From a virus (taxonomy: Duplodnaviria; Caudoviricetes), in IMG/VR virus record IMGVR_UViG_3300038595_000030, positions 1 to 25,481 of that record: DNA of 25,481 nt. One strand, 5' to 3'. The notes below the pieces were generated by a model, which made no database searches, was not told the origin of the DNA, and saw nothing but the letters and a program-made list of their open reading frames with translations. Of this stretch, positions 6,101 to 13,795 are shown one piece after another (within the stretch, counting starts at the first letter, position 1; each line of letters begins with the position of its first letter). The position numbers and the translations under genes are program-made.

Positions 6101-6149
6101 CACACACAACAACAAAACAACAGCATACGCCGTTGAGTGTTTTTACCTA

Positions 6150-6584
6150 TTACTTTGGAAGGGCAGCGGCCACTATTCTCATCACCACAATGGTGAAGAT
6201 GATGCCCAGCGCTGCACCTATACCCATACTTTTTGGGCTGTCTTGCTTCACTACCTGGCGGATAGGGACCTCTTTATACACCTTAATGGTATCGGGTGGG
6301 CATTCCACATCTACAGCGATGGTATCGAAATACCTGCGCATCTCTACCCTTACGCCGTCCTTTACTATGGTTACTGTATCCACCTCTTTAATCGTTACCG
6401 TGTCGCTTACCCTTACGCTTTGCGTTACTATGGTGGTGTCCCATATTACTGTCGTATCCTGCGCAATCTTTGGGTCCTTTGCAATCGCACGCTTTAGGTG
6501 CCACTGAGCAGAACAGCTCTCGAGCAGTATCACAGCGCTTATGATCCACAGGCCTCGCAATCTTCTGGGTTTTCTAAGTTGCAC
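6150..6584 (-). CDS. putative unimolecular spanin (lipoprotein with C-terminal TM); real start probably about 8 codons downstream
   Basis: Lipobox-like LLESC after a hydrophobic stretch, DT-rich beta repeats, C-terminal hydrophobic helix, last gene of the lysis cassette. Confidence 0.65.
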   Translation of the reverse strand: MQLRKPRRLRGLWIISAVILLESCSAQWHLKRAIAKDPKIAQDTTVIWDTTIVTQSVRVSDTVTIKEVDTVTIVKDGVRVEMRRYFDTIAVDVECPPDTIKVYKEVPIRQVVKQDSPKSMGIGAALGIIFTIVVMRIVAAALPK

Positions 6585-6658
6585 GTTGGTTGGTCTTTGC
6601 TTTCCAGCTCGTTAATGAAATCGGCGAAGTCATCGCTCACATCGTGGGTAATGGTCAT
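6539..6658 (-). CDS. 39-aa acidic peptide ending CNLENPEDCEACGS; not in ORF track
   Basis: Manual translation MTITHDVSDDFADFINELESKDQPTCNLENPEDCEACGS; starts 4 nt after the holin stop. Confidence 0.7.
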   Translation of the reverse strand: MTITHDVSDDFADFINELESKDQPTCNLENPEDCEACGS

Positions 6659-6661
6659 CTC

Positions 6662-6826
6662 TTACTTTTTTGGGTCTTTACTAAATAGGAATCCGAGGGC
6701 AGCGATAATGAACGCGCTGAACTCGGTGAGGCTGGCCTTATCCAATAGGATGAGCACCACGCCTGTTGCAAAGATAACCGCACCAGAGATGGTAGTCTTT
6801 TTGTTTTGGGTAATTCTTTCAAACAT
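6662..6826 (-). CDS. holin-like 54-aa protein with two TM segments; not in ORF track
   Basis: MFERITQNKKTTISGAVIFATGVVLILLDKASLTEFSAFIIAALGFLFSKDPKK; KTT..G and ..KD basic tail. Confidence 0.7.
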   Translation of the reverse strand: MFERITQNKKTTISGAVIFATGVVLILLDKASLTEFSAFIIAALGFLFSKDPKK

Positions 6827-6827
6827 C

Positions 6828-6980
6828 TTATTGTTTTGATTGTTTTATAATCTTCTGAATGGTGTACACAATAGAAGCTAAAAGCGCGATTATTGTGAGT
6901 ACAGACTCTACATTAGCAAAGAACATCACCATTGATGTGGTGTTCACTGCAAGTACCTTAATATCGTCAATGGATAGCAT
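6828..6980 (-). CDS. holin-like 50-aa membrane protein; not in ORF track
   Basis: MLSIDDIKVLAVNTTSMVMFFANVESVLTIIALLASIVYTIQKIIKQSKQ; directly after the endolysin. Confidence 0.6.
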   Translation of the reverse strand: MLSIDDIKVLAVNTTSMVMFFANVESVLTIIALLASIVYTIQKIIKQSKQ

Positions 6981-6992
6981 AATGGTGATGTG

Positions 6993-7454
6993 TTATTTAT
7001 AGTGCTTGTATTTCGTTCGTCCTTTATCCTTATAAGCTACGAGAACCTCACCTCTATTGTCTCCATCACGGTAGCTACAATGTACCCACGCTGGACCGCT
7101 CTCCCCAGAGAACTCCCAAATGAGTTGGTCGAAGGTGAGGTGGTCTTTAATGTAATGGAACAGGTCCGCATTGGTTACGCCACCAAACACATCGGCATCG
7201 AGGTCTAGGGCCTCACCAAGGGAGTGCTGCGATCGTGATGAGCCTCCAATAGCATTGTTGAGCTCCTCGGAGCGGTACCCGCTTGTTACCGCTATGGGCA
7301 CACCGAAGTGGTCGCGAAGGGGTTGGAAGATATTATTCGCCACCGCCTTGAGTGCTATGAGGTGGGCAACGGTAGGCTCGTTATCAATACCGAGGCGCAC
7401 CGCTGTTTGTGATTTTACCACCTCAGAGAGGGAGAGGTTCTTACTGAGCTGCAT
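6993..7454 (-). CDS. endolysin, peptidase M15 family
   Basis: TSGYRS, SQHSLGEALD, FDQLIWE, WVHCSY zinc-peptidase motifs. Confidence 0.9.
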   Translation of the reverse strand: MQLSKNLSLSEVVKSQTAVRLGIDNEPTVAHLIALKAVANNIFQPLRDHFGVPIAVTSGYRSEELNNAIGGSSRSQHSLGEALDLDADVFGGVTNADLFHYIKDHLTFDQLIWEFSGESGPAWVHCSYRDGDNRGEVLVAYKDKGRTKYKHYK

Positions 7455-7893
7455 AACGTAGTAGTATCATTATAAGGGCAAAGCCCAATGTTGAGGCTAT
7501 ATTCCAAAGCATTGTCCCCCAGTAAGTGAGGGGTAGTGCTACGGGGTAGCCTAACTTATATCCAAAGGCTTGGAATAGCCCCTTACCGTTATGGCACGAG
7601 AACCATTCTCTTTTACCCCATATTATCCGTAGTGGCTTATCTATAAGGTCGGGGAGGTTAGCCATCACCCAACCACCCATCAAGAGCCAGAAGTCGCCTA
7701 ATGTAGATGCACATATATAAACGAGCAGAAGGTTCGCCTCTACGATAGCTGCCTCCTTGAGGCTCTTGTAGCTTGTCTCCCCTAAGTAGTCCATCACGAA
7801 GTGGGATAGAAAGGCAAGACCCAACCCCATTACGGGGTCGGGTGTTACTAATACTATTGCGCCTCCTATCGCTCCGTGAGTAGACGACCACAT
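7441..7893 (-). CDS. integral membrane protein, putative metal-dependent hydrolase (YdjM-like motifs)
   Basis: TH..., SHFVMD, LPDLID and a later H among several hydrophobic segments. Confidence 0.5.
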   Translation of the reverse strand: MWSSTHGAIGGAIVLVTPDPVMGLGLAFLSHFVMDYLGETSYKSLKEAAIVEANLLLVYICASTLGDFWLLMGGWVMANLPDLIDKPLRIIWGKREWFSCHNGKGLFQAFGYKLGYPVALPLTYWGTMLWNIASTLGFALIMILLRYAAQ

Positions 7894-8270
7894 TATAGCT
7901 CCTCTTCTATCACGGGATTGCAGTACTCCGCATCGGGATTCGCTTCGCAGTACGCCTTTGCATACTCCGCAGCGTGTTTAGAACCAAAGGTGTGAATCCC
8001 TACGGGTACGGGCCATACTATCGCAGAATCCCAAGCCGCTAAAGGTTCATCACGCCAAAGCACATCAACGCTATATAGAGGGCTTTGTACCTCACATATT
8101 GGGTTGCCTTCTTCATCCGTTCCCCAAGTCTCGCAAAGGTTGCCTAAGATGACCACCATTACCACCGCATTGGTGTAGTGTTCGTTTCCTTCTTCATCGG
8201 TTGTGGTGATTAGGGCTTTTGCTGCTTCAAAGGCTTCAATAGATGCGAAGCCGTATTTTCTCATTTTCAT
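7893..8270 (-). CDS. acidic protein associated with the fibre module (possible assembly chaperone)
   Basis: Position after the fibre gene; function inferred from position only. Confidence 0.55.
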   Translation of the reverse strand: MKMRKYGFASIEAFEAAKALITTTDEEGNEHYTNAVVMVVILGNLCETWGTDEEGNPICEVQSPLYSVDVLWRDEPLAAWDSAIVWPVPVGIHTFGSKHAAEYAKAYCEANPDAEYCNPVIEEEL

Positions 8271-8875
8271 CGTTTGATTCTTTTTAATCCGTACTTATTT
8301 TTTCTGTGACCATTTAACATATTTAGTAAGTTAGATTTTGAGATTCCTAAATCTTCAGCAGCGTCTGCAGTACAAGCATATTCTTTCCCCGTGTATTCAC
8401 AATATACTGGATATGAGCGTTTCAATTGCATTTTACGAACCGCTTCTCTTGGCATCTTTTTACCATACCAAGTCCCTACTTTACCCCATTGAGGATGTTT
8501 TTCACCTTTCTTTGCATCGGATAATTTTTTTCTGTGTTCCTCTGTAAAAAAAGTATTTCCGCTCTTTGCTTCAGATATTTTTTTCTTTGTATCCTCTGTG
8601 TGTCTAACAACTCCCTTCCATTTATTAGTAAGGTTGTACGACATTGGGTCATTCATCGCATCTAATTCCTCAAGAATGAATTCCTCTAACTCTCTATGGT
8701 CGTGACCAAAGTAAAGAATCTCTCTTGAAAAAGATTCCTTACGCTTTTTATAGGCTTTATTAAAAAAGTGACCGCCTCCAACATAGCCATCTTTTGGATG
8801 ACCAGTATGGCTTCCGACATACCACTTATTGTTAGAGGCATCAGTCCACTTATATACAAAGCCTATGGTACACAT
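8267..8875 (-). CDS. free-standing GIY-YIG homing endonuclease with NUMOD3 repeats and C-terminal HTH
   Basis: GFVY...WYVG; HTEDTKKKISEA and FTEEHRKKLSDAKKGEKHPQWGK; AAEDLGIS..NL; AT-rich. Confidence 0.85.
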   Translation of the reverse strand: MCTIGFVYKWTDASNNKWYVGSHTGHPKDGYVGGGHFFNKAYKKRKESFSREILYFGHDHRELEEFILEELDAMNDPMSYNLTNKWKGVVRHTEDTKKKISEAKSGNTFFTEEHRKKLSDAKKGEKHPQWGKVGTWYGKKMPREAVRKMQLKRSYPVYCEYTGKEYACTADAAEDLGISKSNLLNMLNGHRKNKYGLKRIKR

Positions 8876-10572
8876 TAAGCGATAGTTGTTAGGGCTGCCA
8901 ATTCAGCATTCGTTAGACGGGTTTTGAATAGTAGTGATTGTTTGCATTCGGTTGCTATAAACGCTGGATTCGTTGTTCCATCTAAATTTCCAATAAATAC
9001 ATCTGATAATCCGCTTTGAACCGAACCACTTGTATCACTTCCAACTAAAACACCATTCACATAAAGATTAAAATCATTATTTGCATAAGCCAAAGCAACT
9101 TTGTAATGTGTTCCAACTGATACCGCTCCGCTTGATATGGTGACTTGTGCAACTCCTTCGTCAAATGCTCTTGCTCTAATTACTCCACCCACATATTCTA
9201 AATATATAGAACGCAAGTAATTTGCTGCGCCTTTTCTTATTTCCATCAAGAACGGATTTGCTTCATTTTGAAAAATACCTTCCCAATACATTGTTCCCTC
9301 CGTTTGACCAATAAGGTCGCTAACGCCAGTCTTACTACAAACATCCCCCGCACGACTCGCAGAGGTTCCATAGGTTGGGATGTAGGATGTGGGATATAAA
9401 TTATCCTCAAGTTGTGCGCCCCATACATAAACCGAACCCGAAGCCGTTGATTGTAGTACGGCATTTACGATTGCATCAGTAAAGGAAATAATACAACGAT
9501 ACCAACCATTTCCAGCATCCTCAATAGATGCGGTATGTCCCGAACCCGTTGATTGAATAGTCCCATTGGACAAATCAAAATTTGTAATATTTGTAATTGG
9601 CGTATCAATACGCAAACCCACAACACTACCGCTCTTTGCTTTAGCGTAAACGCTGAATGTATGAGGGTTAGATGACGCACCAATGGTTAGGTAAACTCCC
9701 GAACTCGCATCAATTACCGCTGCGTTATATACGCCCTCTGGGCTTGTTGAATCTTGCGAATTTTGTGAAGATGTACCTCCAGCGTTTATCCATCCACTTA
9801 TGTATTCACTATGCACAAGGTAATTAGTCCTACTCGGCTCCAATAAAAGAGACGGGCAAGAAGCACCCCCCGAATAATCCAATCGTGGGAGGTTGTCCGT
9901 GATGCCTTCGTAGACGGCTGCCGTTGTCGTTTCTATATAGTCCGTTGCTACGAGACCTTGTTCAAGTTGTGCGTCTTGGATGTAGATAGTACCAGCGATA
10001 CTGGTTGTACCTCCATCAGTAGGATAGATAATAAAAGTAGTCATACCACTTCCGACAAAAGCAAATGTTATACGATACCATCCGCCTCCTACATTTTGCA
10101 CATCAATATCAATAGTATTACCAGATGATGATACACTCCCGTCTGTTAAGTCAACATAAACATTAGTATCAGTCGTTTGGTCAATGCGAATACGAATACC
10201 ATCCGCAGTACCTTTTTTAGCGTAAATACTTGTTGTTAAAACTCCGCTTTGTACAATACTTTGGAAAACGGCCCCACTTGCAGCAGATGCATCTAAAAGC
10301 CACGCATCAGAACTGCCATCGTAACCCGATTGACCACCCGTTACACTTGCGTTTGTGGTCACCCAAGTAGTACTAAAAGTATTACTCTGAAGCAAAAGGT
10401 TACTTCTCTCCTTCTCAATCAATCCCGATGCATTCACACGGGTTGCCGTTCCCGTTCCTCTGCTAAAGGTGAAATCTCCACTTCCATCCGTTGGTTTGAT
10501 GGAATATACTTTGCCGTCTTTTACTCCACTTGGGATTAGGGCGAGGCTGGCCGAATCAAATAATGTTGCCAT
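8875..10572 (-). CDS. tail/head fibre-like receptor-binding protein with two tandem beta-sandwich repeats and a LamG-like C-terminus
   Basis: FTFSRGTGTATRVN; repeated R.N.L..S...GWYR...AQLE...T.YI.T; YKVALAY...LYVNG...IG. Confidence 0.75.
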   Translation of the reverse strand: MATLFDSASLALIPSGVKDGKVYSIKPTDGSGDFTFSRGTGTATRVNASGLIEKERSNLLLQSNTFSTTWVTTNASVTGGQSGYDGSSDAWLLDASAASGAVFQSIVQSGVLTTSIYAKKGTADGIRIRIDQTTDTNVYVDLTDGSVSSSGNTIDIDVQNVGGGWYRITFAFVGSGMTTFIIYPTDGGTTSIAGTIYIQDAQLEQGLVATDYIETTTAAVYEGITDNLPRLDYSGGASCPSLLLEPSRTNYLVHSEYISGWINAGGTSSQNSQDSTSPEGVYNAAVIDASSGVYLTIGASSNPHTFSVYAKAKSGSVVGLRIDTPITNITNFDLSNGTIQSTGSGHTASIEDAGNGWYRCIISFTDAIVNAVLQSTASGSVYVWGAQLEDNLYPTSYIPTYGTSASRAGDVCSKTGVSDLIGQTEGTMYWEGIFQNEANPFLMEIRKGAANYLRSIYLEYVGGVIRARAFDEGVAQVTISSGAVSVGTHYKVALAYANNDFNLYVNGVLVGSDTSGSVQSGLSDVFIGNLDGTTNPAFIATECKQSLLFKTRLTNAELAALTTIA

Positions 10573-10573
10573 A

Positions 10574-10840
10574 TTAGTTTAATGAATTTATTGAATCAAT
10601 AGTACAGTTGCGGGCCTCTACAGAACCGCTGTCAGTTGTTACACGATCACTGAAGATATCAAAGGTGTAACGGCCGAAGTCTACAGGTAGTGAATTGCTC
10701 ACCGCCTGGTTTAAGCATTGCAGAGATTCTACGACACCACCATCGGCCAATACCCGCGTTTGGAATGCGCGAACTGTTGGATTCAATGTGCCACCGAAAA
10801 AGCCTCTGCGGAGCAGGTAAAAAAATTGAGCTTGTTTCAT
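10574..10840 (-). CDS. 88-aa protein with two RV..D.G..E...C repeats (putative fibre adaptor)
   Basis: FQTRVLADGGVVESLQC and FSDRVTTDSGSVEARNC. Confidence 0.7.
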   Translation of the reverse strand: MKQAQFFYLLRRGFFGGTLNPTVRAFQTRVLADGGVVESLQCLNQAVSNSLPVDFGRYTFDIFSDRVTTDSGSVEARNCTIDSINSLN

Positions 10841-10899
10841 AAAGTGGGGCCTCCTTTGAGGCGTTTTATGTGCCTCACCATCAAGGTGAAGCGGTTATA

Positions 10900-10907
10900 C
10901 AAATATA
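10900..10907 (-). promoter_or_regulatory. Bacteroidota -7 promoter element upstream of the fibre operon
   Basis: TATATTTG in an intergenic gap. Confidence 0.55.
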
Positions 10908-10921
10908 ATTATCATCGTACC

Positions 10922-13795
10922 CTATCCAGGGAATGGGGTGTTATACCAATACTTCAAGTCATTATCCCAGCGCAGGATATCGCCTTCCGCTGGTGAGGTA
11001 ATATTCACATCGTGGAGGTCCTCTAATCGATACCCTTGATTCGCACGGACCATAATAACCCCCACCGTAGCGCTCACATTAATAACGAAGGCCGTGGCAA
11101 TCTTTAAGTTTGGCGCTGAAGGTTCCGTAGTGGTAAACTTCCCATCGTTCGCAGGATCCAACCACAACACATCACCTGCCGCATAGGCTGAGGTATCTAT
11201 CTGATTAATCTTACCGAACTCAATTACCTTACCATCCTCGCCATTGGCAATCTCCTCCGTTGTTACACCAAGATAGAAGCGTGCAGGAACATCACCCGTG
11301 GCATCCATCAAATCAATAAGGATACGCCCAGAGCTTCCCACTGTACCTACAGCACGGACCGCTCTCCCCTTTGGTATGGTGGCACCCGATTGGTTCTTCA
11401 CATTGTACACCACATCCTGGCCGATATAATGCGTTGTGCCATTCATCACAAGGCTCACCGTATCCTCATCGGTGTTGAACTGCATCAAACCTTGCGCTCC
11501 GCTACCACCTGTGAGCTGCAATGATGGCGAGGTAGCATCACCATCAATCTGAAGGTCTTGAGTAATCTGAGCGCTACCATCCACCTTCTCCTTATATGGT
11601 CCGAGGGTCTTACCAGCGAAGTCAACACTCATACCACCGAGCACCCCATTGGAGGCGTTGATATAAGTACCATTGAAGTCGCTGATAGTATCAATCTCAA
11701 GGTCTCTCGTATCGCTTGGGTCGATGGTGATATCTACGAATGGGGTATATTTAGCAATCTTAAAGGCCTCCACGCTTATCTCATCAGCATTGGCCGTAAG
11801 GGTGGAGCGCATAGGGAGCCAATAGGCACCATCAAAGCGGAGGCGCTTATGGAATACCCCACCGCCGATGAACACGCCCTCAAAGCGATTGACCACCTTG
11901 TTCTGCAAGGATAGCACCTCACCTGTGGCGAGCTTAGCAATATCAATATAGGTACCACTATTCCCCACACGCCATCCCGTTGATGGGGTATAGGTACTGC
12001 CTGTGTTGACCAATAGAGAGCCCAGCGATCCAGGGCCGTCCCCTAAGCGGGTATCGGGCATATGAACCTCAAGGGAGCTCCCAAGATTTGGGGAACTGTT
12101 CAGAGCGGTGAATGTGCTCTCCACGACCGCTGCTGAGTTGTTATCGTTCTCAAAGCGTGCCGTCTGAAGGTCTACGCTCCAGCTGTAGCTGTTCCCACCA
12201 ATAAAGAAGGAAGTCGAGGACCCAGCGCTATCGTAGAACCCTAAGATGGTGATATCCACATAAAGCTCACCATCCTCTGGTAATGGTCCCGTAGCCATAG
12301 TGTGTACGGTGGCTGTGGTGCTGCTTGCCTGGCGGCTCACGTTATTCGCTGCCCATTTATAGGTTCCCAGCGTTGTGCTCCAAGAGCCCTGCCCAAATGA
12401 TGTAGCGCCACTCACAAGGCTATTTTTCCAATAGTAGTCCGCCGAACCATCGGTAGGCTCAAGGCGTATGGTAACCGCAAAGACTGGCGTAGCCACACCA
12501 GAGGTTGGTGTAGCGATATAGGTTTGGAATACACTGCGCATATTAAGGTATATGCGAGCGTTATCAGCGGCAGGGATAATACCGATATCGAGCTCATCAG
12601 CGGGGAAGGTAACAGAACCACCAATAAGGTTGGCAGCGCTCACCTTCTGCTGCTTGAGCTTCACCTTCTTCACAGCGGGGAGGTATCGGAACATCCCTTG
12701 ACTGCGGTAGACCAAATCTTGGTCTACATTAACATCGAGGACGCTGGTAGTTACACTATCCTCCGTACCACTCTTGAGGTACTTAAACTCTCTGATGTTG
12801 AGCTCATCACGCTCGGCGATCTGCTCAAATCGGTAGGTACCCTCAGAGAAGTAGAAGCGAGCACCAAGGATTGAGGCCATCTCCCGGATGATGTTAAGGC
12901 TTATCTCATAGGTTCGGGTATTCCCCTCACTCCAATAAGAGTAAGCCTTAAGGTCGGTGCGCATATTATCGAGGGGGTCCATCGTAGCGCTGTAGGTCAT
13001 CTCCTCAGCATACCAATTCACCACTGAGGTTAGGATAGGCTCATCGGTATCGAATAGGTCGGCAATACCAGCATCGGTAAGCATCTCAATGAGTGCGTCC
13101 TTAAAGGTCTTGGAGTTGGCTGTAGCGAGTCCGAAGTTATACTCAAGGGTTGAGAGCAATGAGATACCATCAGCGGCCTTGATGCCTATCTGCCGTGGTT
13201 TAGACTCATCAGCTTCCTCTACCAAGTCCTGTGTGATGTATCCTACCCAATAGAGTGAGAATAGGTCCGCAGGGATATCGGTAGTGCCGCCTAAGGCATC
13301 GATAGCATCGGTGCAGCAAGAGGCGGCCTCAAAGGTCCCACCATCGGTCTCTACTCTATCCTTAAAGTAGTCGGTCCAAATATCGCTGCGCGTCTCCGTA
13401 CCCACACCAAGCGCCAGGAGGGCATCGTTCACACAGTTGCCAGCCTCATAGGTACCGCCATCACCGAGCACTCGGTTGCGGTAGTCGTTTGCTATTTCCT
13501 CCTCCGCTGGTTTGGTATATTTCAATATACGGATGGAGAAGCGCTTATCCTGCGCATTGAGCAGGTCAATCTTAAAAGAGTCAACAGCAGCGCTGTTGTT
13601 GTACATCATCACGTTAACCGATGAACCTACAATAGGGCTGTACACCGCATCGGTCTCCCCATCGTGGGTGAGGGTGAAGCCATCACCATTGAGGGTGATA
13701 TCGTGCACCACACCGCTGTAGTCGGCATCAATTATCTGTACCTTGTATTGGTCATCTTTAAGTGTGCGGAACTCGCCTTGTAATCTTACTGCCAT
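10922..13795 (-). CDS. large tail-tip / minor structural protein
   Basis: 957 aa directly after the tape measure; beta-rich; C-terminal KNQSGATIPKG.AV module and LEDLHDVNITSPAEGDILRWD fibre-type motif. Confidence 0.75.
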   Translation of the reverse strand: MAVRLQGEFRTLKDDQYKVQIIDADYSGVVHDITLNGDGFTLTHDGETDAVYSPIVGSSVNVMMYNNSAAVDSFKIDLLNAQDKRFSIRILKYTKPAEEEIANDYRNRVLGDGGTYEAGNCVNDALLALGVGTETRSDIWTDYFKDRVETDGGTFEAASCCTDAIDALGGTTDIPADLFSLYWVGYITQDLVEEADESKPRQIGIKAADGISLLSTLEYNFGLATANSKTFKDALIEMLTDAGIADLFDTDEPILTSVVNWYAEEMTYSATMDPLDNMRTDLKAYSYWSEGNTRTYEISLNIIREMASILGARFYFSEGTYRFEQIAERDELNIREFKYLKSGTEDSVTTSVLDVNVDQDLVYRSQGMFRYLPAVKKVKLKQQKVSAANLIGGSVTFPADELDIGIIPAADNARIYLNMRSVFQTYIATPTSGVATPVFAVTIRLEPTDGSADYYWKNSLVSGATSFGQGSWSTTLGTYKWAANNVSRQASSTTATVHTMATGPLPEDGELYVDITILGFYDSAGSSTSFFIGGNSYSWSVDLQTARFENDNNSAAVVESTFTALNSSPNLGSSLEVHMPDTRLGDGPGSLGSLLVNTGSTYTPSTGWRVGNSGTYIDIAKLATGEVLSLQNKVVNRFEGVFIGGGVFHKRLRFDGAYWLPMRSTLTANADEISVEAFKIAKYTPFVDITIDPSDTRDLEIDTISDFNGTYINASNGVLGGMSVDFAGKTLGPYKEKVDGSAQITQDLQIDGDATSPSLQLTGGSGAQGLMQFNTDEDTVSLVMNGTTHYIGQDVVYNVKNQSGATIPKGRAVRAVGTVGSSGRILIDLMDATGDVPARFYLGVTTEEIANGEDGKVIEFGKINQIDTSAYAAGDVLWLDPANDGKFTTTEPSAPNLKIATAFVINVSATVGVIMVRANQGYRLEDLHDVNITSPAEGDILRWDNDLKYWYNTPFPG

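Noticed and set aside
8267-8875. Group I intron around the GIY-YIG gene
   Set aside because: The ORF overlaps both neighbours, leaving no non-coding sequence for a ribozyme core, and the neighbours look complete.
10841-10895. Fluoride or c-di-GMP riboswitch
   Set aside because: Only superficial GAUGG/AAAC-GCC similarity; the required downstream UGAUG or GEMM core elements are not seen.
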